A DNA stretch of 64,000 nucleotides from Octopus bimaculoides (taxonomy: Eukaryota), in NCBI RefSeq assembly GCF_001194135.2, contig NC_068984.1:45094972-45158971 (forward strand), written 5' to 3'. Both the position numbers and the translations under genes were made by a program. This document shows, piece by piece, positions 50,277 through 63,240 of the stretch. The first letter of the stretch is position 1, and each line of letters starts with the position of its first letter. The notes under the pieces are model-generated. The model had not been told where the DNA came from. It did no database searches and was given only the letters and a program-made list of their open reading frames with translations.

Positions 50277-51545
50277 TTAACCTAGAACACTATAATTGTC
50301 TTCTTTTTTTTTTCTCCACTTCATTCCAACGAAGACCTCTTGCAGCATGTCTTTCATGTCAACTTCATCGCAAGATGAGGTCTCAAAATCGGAACGATAT
50401 GAGGTGGTGAGGGAAAAGGTGAGTCTGCGCGTTTGTGTTTTCTCGTTTTGCTGGGGCAAGCAATGCTGGAAACTCTTTTTATTTGTGGTTGTGAATTTTG
50501 TTGTTCTGCCATTTCTATTTCTATTATCAATGTTACTGTTTGCATCGTTATTGTTTGTATTGCTGTTGTTGCTGCTCCTGCGGCTGTTGACACATCTTCT
50601 ATTTTTGCTGCTGCTCTGGCTTTTGATGCTGCTGTTGTCGCCTTTGTTAATGTCGATGTTGTTACAGAATGTGGGGTTGGAAGAGGTGCGGACCTTTTAT
50701 TTTTGCTCTCTGATGTTTGGGAATACCATACATGTGGAAATTAGGTCCTCTCTCTTCCTTTCACTTTCCCAAACCGCTAGATGCTGTTTGGCACGTTGAT
50801 CCGGTCAGGGATGCTTTCAAGTTTTTCCCAATCTGTTTAACCGGGGAGTTTTAAACTTCTGACAATTTTTTTCTGAAACAGCCAATCTATTTCTAAGAAT
50901 GTCACTTCATCATCCTCGTCGTTTTAAGTGATATCCACCAGCCACCATCTATTTAATTTATCCTCACCTACGCCACTTGCCACTTCACTATCTATAACAC
51001 AATGACAATGAACTTCTCACTCTGAAAGGATTTGTAGTGTGGGTTATTGACTCAGTTTTAGAGAGAACTCTGACCTGTCGTTTTTCCGTACCGTCTGCTG
51101 CAAGTAATGAAGATTCTTTTTTTGTTTTTCTCTCATATTGTCTTGTTGCACTTCTTGACAGTCTGTTTATCCACCACCGTTTCATGCCTGTGCATCGGTA
51201 GTTACCGTCTACTTTCCTATATTTTCCATCACCTACAGACACAAGGCTGTGGTCACTTTTTTACCTTATTTCAAACGAGTCCACGGCCTTCATTTAATTG
51301 ACACTTTTGTATCTCCAGTAACTCTGTTACACTTGCTCTAGTATAGTCGCTGTTTTTGCTGATGCTGGTGCCGAAACAGCTTCCGGTTGAGGTGTTGCCA
51401 GCGAACGCAGTGAATTGGTGGTGGCTATGGTACTTGGTGCGGTAGTATTTCTCCGACTTATTGAGTTGGTGGCAGCAGAGTTGTTGCAGATTTTTTTCTC
51501 TTCACCTCCAGTATTGCTGCTGGTTCCCTTGTCGTTTGGCATGGT
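50277..51545 (-). pseudogene. Stop-poor, coding-like stretch of unknown origin (possibly a decayed LINE ORF1)
   Basis: GC-richer than the flanks; overlapping open segments of 60-130 codons, some S/T/A- or Q-rich; weak CCCH-like remnants (CQKFK..GKT*KHP). No firm homology recognised. Confidence 0.25.
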
Positions 51546-51574
51546 GTAGTTGTTGTTGTTGTTGTTGTTATTTT

Positions 51575-51912
51575 ATCGGCTCCGAAAGGAAAGTGGCGAA
51601 GTTGACCTCGGCATAAAGAACCTCAAGAAATGCCGGTAAGCATTTTCTTCGACGCATTAACGACTCTGTCAGCTCGTCGCCTTTCGTAGTTAAATAATCC
51701 TTTCTACTATAGACACAAGGCCTGGGTTTTGTGGGGAGAGGGACAGTTGATCACATCGACCCCAGTAATCAACTGGTACTTGATTTATCGACTCCGAAAG
51801 AATGAAAGGCAAAGTCGATCTCGGTGGAATTTGAACTCAGAACGTACCGGCAGATGAAATACCGCTAAGCATTTCGCCCGGCGTCCCAACAATTCTGCCA
51901 GCTTACCGCCTT
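51575..51912 (-). mobile_element. Two tandem family C SINEs (another at about 52345-52548 minus)
   Basis: The hallmark appears at about 51585 and 51800. Confidence 0.85.
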
Positions 51913-53040
51913 CTTTTGTGACTAAATAATAACATCAGTCTTATGTTGCTTTCAGCTAAATAACTACTCACTTCTTGTTCTATTCTATATATCATAGAAA
52001 GGATTAAAGCATTCAGTACCATTTTCTTGTACAATGAATCATCATGGATTGGAACAGTTTTGGTTCGTATACGAACCAACAGATCGCTTGATAAGTCTTC
52101 ATCTCTGCTAACCAAGAGTGAATACAAAACGACTAAAGAAAAACTTAGTTTGATCTTCCTGACTAAAACTTATGCCAAACCAAATGCTGTGCTACAACAC
52201 TGAAAAAAAAACAACAAAACTCTCTAACTGCATGCTGTCGTGTTTATTTACAAACCAAAATTACTTCGGTATTCATGCTTGAAGGTGAGGCACAATAGCA
52301 ATAGTATTGGCACCATGTTAGATATCATATACTCAAGTATAATAATGATTTCAAAATTTAGTTCAGAGCCAGCAGTTTTTGACGATTACATCGACCATAG
52401 TGTTCAACTAGTAATTATTTTATTGAACCTGAGAGGATGAAAGGAGAAGTCGACCTCGGTGGAATTTGAACTCAAAACGTAAAGACGGACGAAATGCCGT
52501 TAAACATTTTCCCCCGCTGGTTAACGATTCTTCTCACTCGCTGCCTTACACTCAGGTATAATACTAAAACATCAGAGATCTGTTATCTCTTTTGGCAGCA
52601 CTGATGAATTCAGGGCACAGCGAATCAACGAAACATTTCTTGACATTCAACGTTTCCGATATTTTCAGCAGAGAATAATTATGCACTGTGGCACACATTT
52701 ACGTTTATTCAGAGAAATATGATCAAGACTCAAGAATAGGTTTTCAAATGTTCTTCTCGTGGATAAACTGTTCTTAAATATGTACGTGTGCGTATGTGTG
52801 CGTGCGTGTGTGCGTGTGTCTGTGTATTCCTTAACGTATATTTGCATATTTGCATGTCTTTAGTATGTTATGTAAGTTTATATAAGTATAGATATGATAT
52901 AAACAACCTTGATACATGTTGACTGCCTGTTTATGTTTTTTATTTCCGTTTTCATCTATATCACGTCGATCAATACGTTGCATTCAACTAATCTCCAAGT
53001 AGGCAAGCATCAAACCCTATATTTCAAACTGGAAAATTAG

Positions 53041-53211
53041 CAGGCCCGTCGCCAGACTTTGTTGCGTGGGGATTCTTTAGAATATTCCGGGCGGGCACTA
53101 ATTTGTATTGCGGGAAGATTTTTGTAAACTGTATTTTCTAAATCTGTGAGTACATCATTGAATAGTGAAGGGACAGTGCTGTCCAGTTGCACCCCCTTAA
53201 CGACGGGAATG
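53041..53211. mobile_element. Possible small MITE
   Basis: Ends CAGGCCCGTCG and (reverse complement) CATTCCCGTCG; no clear TSD. Confidence 0.35.
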
Positions 53212-54080
53212 AGTTTGGGCACAAATTCGACCTGAGCATTAATTGTATGTACTTATTATCTTATGTCATATGGCATCTTATTACCCACAATTCATATGTG
53301 TGTGCATGTGAGCGTTTCTGTATGTATGTATGTATGTATGTATGTATGTATGTATGTATGTATGTATGCATGTATGTATGTATGTATGCATGTATGTATG
53401 TATAAGTTGTCTGAGAAAATACGTGATGGTCATAAGTGGAAAGCCTTTAACTACGTTATCGATCAGAGTTGTCCTAGGGCTAAACAACAGTGCAGACCAG
53501 GACACGGGATATGAATAAAAAAGAAATTTGTCTGTCTATTAGACGGAAGTTTAGCGCTCCATCGACATCACAATTTGGGCTTCTTCGGCTTTAATACACT
53601 CGAAGTTTATATTGAGACCACTTAAAATTAGTAGTATCATCCATATATAGTGTAATATAAAGAAGAGGAATTCACTTCTTCAACAGTTATAAAGCTGTCA
53701 TCTGATTAGCATATATCGAGTTAATAACATAGTGTATCTAAAGACTTCCACGTAGTCATCTATAAATAGAAGTACATCTATAGTTTGGGGGGGAAAACCT
53801 GATATCATTAAAATATTCTCGCGGCCTCTAAATTTCTAGTTTATCACCACATACATACAAATTTATCTCCGCTTCAATCAAAAAGCCTTGTATGACCTTT
53901 AGATATAAATATTTATTCACTTAGATACTCAAAATTTATTCGGAGTTTCATTTGAAATAGTAACAAATCTTCTAATTGTTAAGAAAAGAAAACAGTTTTC
54001 TAAAGCAAAGAAAAAATAGATATATGCTATAATCTCGTTTTTCTCCGAAGCATGAACGATAATTTCATTCAATAATTTCA

Positions 54081-54130
<50 letters not shown>

Positions 54131-54224
54131 TAATAATGTTTTCCTCAACTATAAGCTCAAGGCCTGAAATTTGGTGGGATGGGTTAGTCGATTATATAAT
54201 TATAATAAGACTATTACACTCGTT

Positions 54225-54365
54225 TACTGGTCATGCTTCAAGAACTCTGCGAAGAATTTTTGCAGTTCCAAGCAATGCTGATTTTTGTAGGTGTTCTACC
54301 CTTACATTTGTACCAATCTTTTTGAGCCATGTCGGTAGTTGAGTGCTAAATTCCCGTTTTGTTAG
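54225..54365 (-). mobile_element. Very short 5'-truncated R4/Dong LINE (ORF C-terminus)
   Basis: TWLKKIGTNVRVEHLQKSALLGTAKILRRVLEA*, the canonical R4/Dong C-terminal motif. Confidence 0.85.
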
Positions 54366-54885
54366 AACTCCTAGATTTTGCATGCATAGCGGATTTGCTA
54401 CCTGCAACCTACTATGCTATCTGTTCTTTTCAAATATTTGATACATTCCTGATGATTCTGGCCGTACTAAGGAGGTGAACGTTTTGCAATAGCTCCACTG
54501 GTCATCCTATTCCCATTTCCCTTATATTCCTCTTGATGCCTTCTGATACTGTCCCCAAGGACCCAATAATAATTTGCACTATCTTCACATTCTTCATATT
54601 TCCACGATCGAACTATCTCATATTTATGAGAATTGTATATGTCTACTTTTTTCATCTTCCTTCTTAACTATTCGTAGTTCAAAGGGACAGGCAACATCAG
54701 TTATCTATATGAACATCTGGTTCACCTCGTCTACCACCACTAGGCCCAACTAGGTGAGCTCAAGTACCTGGTTCTGTTTGGATTGGAAAATCCCACAGAA
54801 TTTAACAGGTCTCCGACTCCTCCTCTCTCTAAGGTTTGTCCTCATACCACGTCTTGCCTCTCTCTAATCCCCATTTTCACAGCTT
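54366..54885 (-). mobile_element. Second R4/Dong LINE 3' fragment (RLE domain)
   Basis: WYEDKP, ILWDFPIQT, DVACPFELRI, IIIGSLGTVS, PVELLQNVHLLSTARIIRNV, with frameshifts. Confidence 0.85.
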
Positions 54886-54907
54886 CCAATGCAGGTTTTT
54901 TGTTACC

Positions 54908-54959
<52 letters not shown>

Positions 54960-55209
54960 GTCGTTGTTGTTGTTGTTGTTGTTGTTGTTATTTAGGTGTA
55001 GACTTGTGAGTCGGAGAAAAGGAATTGGGGAGGGCACTTGCCCTTGGTGTTCAAGGAGATCTTGGAATGTGAGATTCCTCGATTATCCCAAGAGGTCATC
55101 CTGTACCAAGAGGACTACATCTCTATTACACCCCACGACGTTTTTGTTAACCTTTGTAAACTATGTATATTTCCTTTCCTTTTCACTGTATACCGTGTAT
55201 ACCTACTCA

Positions 55210-55282
<73 letters not shown>

Positions 55283-55324
55283 GTTGTTGTTGTTGTTGTT
55301 GTTATTGTCATTATTATTATTATT

Positions 55325-55844
55325 GAGTGAAAGAGCAACGAATGCCATTTTAGTGACACTGGGGTACAAAACTACGAAGCCCAATTATGCCCATCCGTCT
55401 GATAAGCGTACACCAGGGTACATGCATCACAACCATATATGCGCAACACGGTGATCTCATATCAAAATTAACAGCGCATGACCTTACAGTGGAGTTCAAT
55501 TAGAATTTTCTTCAGGTCGAGTAGCCAATCCCGCTCATAAGGTTCCTGAATAAGGATTGTTTAAGGATGTTGAATGAATCACCCATGTTTCCAGAGGTGA
55601 ATTATTCAAATCCCAAAGAATTCCTCTCAACACATCGCTATGATGCTCCCTGACTACTTCTGCTCGTGATCAGAGATGCACATATCATCAGCCACCAAGG
55701 GACATGCTCAAGTGGTTAAGGACAAGCAAATCTGTGGTATTGAGCAGAATATTAGACCAAGACAAAACAATGTACATGATAACACTTCCAATCAGTTAAG
55801 ATGAGAAGCCATGAAAGCCACTGCTTGGTACTGCATCAGGGCAT
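55325..55844 (-). mobile_element. About 520-bp non-coding element embedded in (TAA)n
   Basis: Complex, GC-richer sequence with (TTA)n arrays directly on both sides; no tRNA boxes or TIRs seen. Strand assigned by analogy with the adjacent Dong copies. Confidence 0.5.
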
Positions 55845-55895
55845 TTATTATTATTATTATTATTATTATCATTATTATTAATATTATTATTATTA

Positions 55896-55968
<73 letters not shown>

Positions 55969-56037
55969 GATTATTATTATTGTTGTTCAATAGTTTTATT
56001 TTTATAACGTGCTTTCACTTCACTACCGAGCGCAGCC

Positions 56038-56120
<83 letters not shown>

Positions 56121-56696
56121 TCTTATTTATGGTTTCTGGTTTAGGTACAAAGCCAGCAATTTTGATGGGACTGGATTAATCGATATCATTGATCCCGATA
56201 CTAAACGGCCAGAAGGGCGTCAGATAACGAGCGTGGAGATTTACACATAAATCATGTGAAACAAAAAGAAAATATCGAATGGAGTAAAATATATACACAG
56301 CGCACAAATGTGAGTATGCGGTTCTGCTGATAGATGAAAACATCAAGCAACAGCCATTTAACACCACAGATGCTGGACATACTTCATACGGATGCCAGGC
56401 CTTACAATAGATTTCCGATGACATAATATGAAAACCTCGAATATTCTAAAAATGGCTTACATGAAGAACTGAAACTGTAGAACTTGCAAAAAAAAATAAA
56501 ATAATAATAATAAGACAGTGATGGTCTGTGTTTCCTTCAAAAAGGCCCACTTCAAAAAGATCACTTCTTTTTCTTACAGCAAACTAAATCCTGTTTGTGA
56601 ACTTATCTAACTTTTAAAGGCTTTATTTTCTAACTAGGACTTCAAAATACTTCAGTCCTGAAGAATAATTAATATTATATATTATTTACAGGACTA

Positions 56697-56895
56697 ACGC
56701 GGCAAACTGGCAGTGTCGTTAGCACGCTGGACAAAATACTTAGCCGCATTTCGCCCGTCTTTACATTCTGAGTTCAAATTCCACTGTGGTCGACTTTACC
56801 TTTCATTCTTTTGGGGTCGATAAAATAAGTCAATGTGATCGACTTATTCCCTTCCCTGAGATTGCTGGCCTTGTGCCAAAATTTGAAATCTATTA
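56697..56895 (+). mobile_element. SINE family C
   Basis: Family hallmark sequence and tail present. Confidence 0.85.
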
Positions 56896-58165
56896 TTTAT
56901 AGACTTAAAACCAAAATATTACTCATATTCACGTATCTAACTATACACAATATACCGACTGTATCCAGGAAACCACTCGTTCCAACTAACACTCATTAAA
57001 CGCTCTCCTAATCTGAAGTTGTGTCATCTTTCTCTCTCTCAGCCTCTTTTAATGATGCTATAAATAGTTTCTGTGCATCTTAAATTCGCCACTATTACAC
57101 TATTTTTATCTTAATTCATAATCTTATTCGGACCCACCATTTGTCTTTTACAAAAACGTATGTCTTTCTTTCATTACTAACGAAACTATTTTATCTATTC
57201 CTTAGCTGCCAATTACGCAGCGAATTCGTTGAGTGGCCAGAGCGATAGACAGAATGTCTATTTTCTTTGCTCTAAGTTCAAATCTCGTTAAGCTGTTTTC
57301 CAGCCATCCTTTTGGGGTCATTTAAAAAAAAGTACTAATGCAAGGTGGCGGATAGACAGAGTTATTAGATGGTCGAGCAAGGTGCTGTTTAACCTTAGCT
57401 CAACCCTGATTTAGAAAGAAACAATGAACAAAGACTTTTCAGCGATAACCGTCCTATCTTTTTGTATGTTTATGACTATGATGTTTAGTTTGTTCTTTTA
57501 ATAAGACTGTCAGATGTGATTTGAAGAAGATATAGGCAAGAGGCACACACTTTGTTTCATAACGCATATGTTGTTTTTTTTTTGTTTTTTTTCTTCATGG
57601 GCAAAAGTCAGTGAAGAGAAATATAGAAAGACTTCAATTTAGATTCAAAACAAGTTGTCAGATTCAGTTTCCGTTATTTGCTGTACAATCCTCGTAGACT
57701 AAACAATAAACTTCCAATCATTCAAGTCCATTATCAATTACATTTTCCTTACCGGCCTATTCTAACAGTTCAGTCTCTGAAGTCCAATCATACCTGAAAA
57801 TTTGAAGACAGTTTCAAGGGGTCTATCGTGAAACATTAGTTTCCATTTTTCTCGACAAATTACCTTATACATAATTTACATATATTCCCTAAATATTTAT
57901 TCCAGCGCAAACAAAGGCATCAACCAGGGGAAGCGTGCGTTCGAATCTTAGCTCGACTTCACTGATGTATTCTATATATGAATTTGCTTCCTATTGTCTC
58001 TAAAACTTGTGTAGGCGTGTGTGGGATATGAATATATATTTACATACAGATGTGTATGCATATATAAATAAAAAGAAAACACATATTCTGGTGTGTGTGT
58101 GTGTGCGTGTGTGTGTGTGTGCGTGTGTGTGTGGGGNNNNNNNNNNNNNNNNNNNNNNNNNNNNN

Positions 58166-58197
<32 letters not shown>

Positions 58198-58402
58198 TTG
58201 TTCATACTCACACTTAGATGAATGCATTAATTTTACCTTATCCTCCAGCCACCAACAAAATCGCTCCGTATGTTCAATGTGCTTCAAACTACAGTGAGAA
58301 CACAAATGTGCGCGCATGTACATGCGCACGCGCACACATGCACGTTCACATATAAACATACGCATATATCAGCGCAAGCGCTTACAGAAACGAATAATGA
58401 AT

Positions 58403-58655
58403 CCAGCTCGCAAGGCGATGAGCTTGCAGAAACGTTAGCACGCCGTGCGAAATGCTTAGCGGTATTTCGTCTGCCGTTACATTCTGAGTTCAAATTCCGC
58501 CGATGTCCACTTTACCTTTCATCCTTTCGGGGTCGATTAAATAAGTACCAGTTACGCACTGGAGTCGATATAATCGACTTAATCCGTTTGTCTGTCCTTG
58601 TTTGTCCCCTCTGTGTGTAGCCCCTTGTGGGCAAAAAAAAAGAAAAAAGAAATAA
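58403..58655 (+). mobile_element. Family C SINE with an alternative 3' tail
   Basis: Standard head and body, then TTAATCCGTTTGTCTGTCCTTGTTTGTCCCCTCTGTGTGTAGCCCCTTGTGGGC and an A-rich end. Confidence 0.85.
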
Positions 58656-60113
58656 GAAACGAATAACGAATCCTTGTGGGTCTTCACATTTTAACATTCT
58701 CTTCTCACCTTGGCTTTGATGCTACCAAGCGTGAACATGTCGCTGATCTCCTGTTGCATGAAATAGCTGCCAGATTTCCCTCGCTAAACTAAAATGCTAT
58801 TGTGCGAAAACAGAAATTGCACATTAGGTAATTTATTCCTAGGTACATTATGTCTGAAAGAAGGAAAAAGGAATTCAACGACTGGAACCTATTGATCATT
58901 GATCTGCTGGATCAGAAATCTCTTCTTCATAATGTAATTACAACAACCTTAATATAGCTGACATTTTAGTAGTATGTGTCATTCCCAAAATTAATTTATC
59001 CAGCTGAGGTCTGTCTTACAAATAATGGTGAAAGAAAATAGTTATATAGAGCTTCCCAAAAATCCATTTAAAAATAAGAGGTGCGCACGTGAGAGATACT
59101 GTCAACGAAATTTTACTCAGTCCGGCGGCTATTTGCAATATCAGTGAATGTATTAGTCACTGTTTACTACATCGGAGGCAAAAGCTTTCGTCTAGGCATG
59201 TAACTGAGTGTACACGTCATTCAAAAAGCCCGGTGAAGGCTGAGATGCATTTGGTGCTGTTACTAGTCTGCTTCAGGGGTGATTTTTCGCTTCTCTTCTG
59301 TATGTATATATTGTGTTACTTTCATAAGAGATTTTATCTCAGGCAGAATCCACAGTATCTTACCTGTCAGCGGTGTATATACGCTAAGAATGTACATAGA
59401 AGCCTATTTTTATTCAATACTGCCTCAATTCCGCACATTGAATACATACATGCAAGCATACATACGTACATAAATACACACATTCATAAATTCATGCATG
59501 CATGCCATACATGTAGATAAATAGCTAGATAGATAGCTGCCTATATATGTATATGTATATATATAAATCATATACACACTTATATGTATATATATTTATA
59601 TGTGTGTGCACATACATGCACACGCACACACATATACATGCAATATATACATATGCACATATATATACATACATACATACAAACACAAGCGCATGACATT
59701 TATGTATGCATAACATAAGAATAATCTTAGTATAATGTGTGTACGTGCGTGAGTGTGCACGCGCGTGTAAGACGTATAATATATATGTATATATATATGT
59801 ATATATATATGTATATATATATATATATGTATATATATATGNNNNNNNNNNNNNNNNNNNNNNNNNNNNNNNNNNNNNNNNNNNNNNNNNNNNNNNNNNN
59901 NNNNNNNNNNNNNNNNNNNNNNNNNNNNNNNNNNNNNNNNNNNNNNNNNNNNNNNNNNNNNNNNNNNNNNNNNNNNNNNNNNNNNNNNNNNNNNNNNNNN
60001 NNNNNNNNNNNNNNNNNNNNNNNNNNNNNNNNNNNNNNNNNNNNNNNNNNNNNNNNNNNNNNNNNNNNNNNNNNNNNNNNNNNNNNNNNNNNNNNNNNNN
60101 NNNNNNNNNNNNN

Positions 60114-60149
<36 letters not shown>

Positions 60150-60261
60150 GAGTGTATGCGTGTGTGGGTGCACGTATGACACGTCAACTATCGATCATTC
60201 GTCCTTGGCCCAACATTAAAAATAGATAAAAACACATAAATACATATATGGTAACAGCAGT

Positions 60262-60292
<31 letters not shown>

Positions 60293-60898
60293 GCAGCAGA
60301 AATGTCACAAAGATAAAAAAATGTAATAAAAAAGAACAACCATAAGCATAACAAGAGCAACAACAACAACGATTTTCCAGGTTGAACGTATATACCTCAG
60401 TACTAGCTGTAATTTTTATTCCTTTAATTGCTCTTTTTCTTTCTTTTCTTCTTCCTTCTATTCCTCCTCCCTCTTTCTCGTTTTCTTTTATAATACAGTT
60501 CTTGTGTCTTCCTCCTTCTCTTCCTCTTACTGCGACTCCTCTACCTTCCCACAGTTGTACTATTAGCAAGTCACTCCCACCAAACGACACGTCCCGAGGC
60601 TAACAACATAATATGACAGAATTTCGTCATCGCCACTTTTATTAATTTCGTTCGTCTATTTTGTTCATATTTTATATGTATTTGTGTAAGCCACATACGC
60701 AGCACTATAGCGCGCGCCGTAACGAATAGATTTCCATATAATTGTGTGTGTATGTATGTATGTATGTGTGTGTGTGTATGTGTGTATGTATGTATAGCAT
60801 AAGTTTACGTCACTGCTGTGACGGCAAAGGGATGAGAAAAGGGGGATAAGGAATAAAGGCGTTACAACCAGAAAGGGATACAAATCTTGAACTACTAT

Positions 60899-60959
<61 letters not shown>

Positions 60960-62029
60960 ACTAATTGTGCGTGGGCGAATGTGCTATTTTGTCTCGGGAT
61001 TTATACTTTACAGTTTTAGCAATGATGCTAATTGAGCAGAGATTTAGGGAAGTTATTGTTTCGTATCGCGATTCATTTTCATTAACTGGGGAAGGGTACT
61101 TTAATGCGTTCCCTTCCCCAACTGTTTTTTTCTTCTTAATGGTTAATGGTTATTGCTATTGATGTAGTCTACATTTTTTAAGTTAAGCTGCATTTGCCAT
61201 TGCATCTTTCCATCATTTTATGAAACAGGCCATGGTTTGACAGTGATTTGGCTCACAATAATTTTCTAGCACAGGGTTCAGTCATTTTTTCTTTTTTTTT
61301 TTTTTGACCCCTTTGATTACTACTTTATTCTGGTGGACCCCCTTAGCCATTCGATTTTTAAAAACTAATTTTATAGAAACTTCTCTCAGAATTCCTATTT
61401 TGTTTTTCATACATTAACTTGTGTCGGTTGAAGCATATAAAATGTCAAACTTTGCTGCTTCTTGCGATACATACCAATACATATATCTAAAACATTTTTT
61501 CAGAGAGCCTTAAAATACTATTGTGGNNNNNNNNNNNNNNNNNNNNNNNNNNNNNNNNNNNNNNNNNNNNNNNNNNNNNNNNNNNNNNNNNNNNNNNNNN
61601 NNNNNNNNNNNNNNNNNNNNNNNNNNNNNNNNNNNNNNNNNNNNNNNNNNNNNNNNNNNNNNNNNNNNNNNNNNNNNNNNNNNNNNNNNNNNNNNNNNNN
61701 NNNNNNNNNNNNNNNNNNNNNNNNNNNNNNNNNNNNNNNNNNNNNNNNNNNNNNNNNNNNNNNNNNNNNNNNNNNNNNNNNNNNNNNNNNNNNNNNNNNN
61801 NNNNNNNNNNNNNNNNNNNNNNNNNNNNNNNNNNNNNNNNNNNNNNNNNNNNNNNNNNNNNNNNNNNNNNNNNNNNNNNNNNNNNNNNNNNNNNNNNNNN
61901 NNNNNNNNNNNNNNNNNNNNNNGTAAGAACGACCGTGCGAACCAAAAGGAGAAATGGTGACGAATGGAAAACAGGCTCCTTTTTTAACGCGTCACACGGT
62001 CGACACAATAATATAAAATGATAAATATA

Positions 62030-62946
62030 TGTTATAATTCTATAATATAGAGAACTAAGAAATTTGCCAGTAAGATACAAGATAGGAACGCAACCGATAA
62101 AGATGTATAACAGTAAGATTTATTGGAGCATTAAACTGTATGTCTGTGTGTGAGTGAATGCGACATAATGAAACACAATATAAGACTGGCCGTCATGTAA
62201 ACAAACGAGTGCGTATACAAATGTATGTATGTGTATGTAAGAGTTACAGAGTATAGAACAGAGTCAGTAACACGGATAATAAGAGTATAGAACAGAGTCA
62301 GTAACACGGATAATAATATAAGATACCAGTTCTTAGTTAGGGTACACAGTAGTAAGTGTCTGTATATAAGAAGTTAAGGTTAAGGCAGTGCGGTCACTCG
62401 TCGTGATGCTGGGGCTTCTATGCCGGGCCGGGTTCTTGAATACAGATGTTCTTCGCAGGTTGAATTCTGGCTGTTAATTTCGTGGTGAGGCGATTCACAC
62501 AAATAGGGTTGAGAAGAGAAACTGCGGTGGCTGTTTGGTAGCTTGTGTACGTGTAGAAGTCATATTGACGCTGGCGGCGATGCTGGTAGTCGTAGTTGAA
62601 GTGGTTGTTGATGTCGTCACTGGAACTGGCTGGTTGGTTGGTGCTGTGTTACGCGTGTGTGGTCAAACGACCAGATCCTACAAGATCTGAGCCGCGACGA
62701 ATTGGCGGGTATCTAGCAGGCTATTTATAGATACAGATAGCCTCCAGAGAAGCATCAGAAGAACACTCTCACGTGACCTTATTAGGGGCTACAGCTGGTC
62801 GATTTGCGTCGTGGCTCGAACGGTGTGGAGACAATTGCCGCCCAAATAATAGTCAGTCAGGTGATGGACACAGCAGGCGGGAAAGAGTTGCTTTCTACTA
62901 CGCTCGCCTGTTAATATATATACTAGTGAGAGAAGTGTTCACTACA
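62030..62946 (-). mobile_element. Probable LTR of an LTR retrotransposon (solo, or the 5' LTR of an element running into the gap)
   Basis: TG...CA ends with TATA on both flanks; minus-strand TATAAATA (62722-62729) followed by AATAAA (62119-62124); GC-richer non-coding interior. Confidence 0.55.
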
Positions 62947-63060
62947 TATATATCAGCTCAGGCGGCATATGTCTGCTAATGGCACCATGTGAACTGTTAC
63001 TTCCTATCTGTCCGGTAAGTCCGTCAGCGACTTGACCGGCATGGAAATCTTTTTCTGTAG

Positions 63061-63240
63061 TTAGGAGAGATGGCCAGACACAAAACTTATCAAAAGAGCA
63101 AAGTCTCTTGCAGACCAACGTCTAATCAATGCAACTGTTTCCACCTTTAGTTGTCGAGGTACCTTACCTTTGAATTTATGTGGGGATCGGCTAGGTCTGT
63201 CACTTCTGGTTCGTTTAATTACGTTGCATTCTTCCTTCTT
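63061..63240 (-). mobile_element. Possible Tc1/mariner N-terminal remnant
   Basis: NVIKRTRSDRPSR...TVALIRRWSARDF resembles the RSGRP linker and second HTH; no TIR found. Confidence 0.25.

Larger units (their letters stand above)
54080..56122. repeat. Cluster of (TAA/TTA)n arrays (54080-54135, 54910-54990, 55210-55324, 55845-55985, 56039-56122)
   Basis: Directly visible. Confidence 0.95.

Noticed and set aside
54889-55454. Poly-L, poly-Y, poly-N and poly-I ORFs
   Set aside because: Translations of (TTA)n arrays.
62248-62315. CRISPR-like repeat
   Set aside because: Two adjacent copies with no spacer, in eukaryotic DNA.
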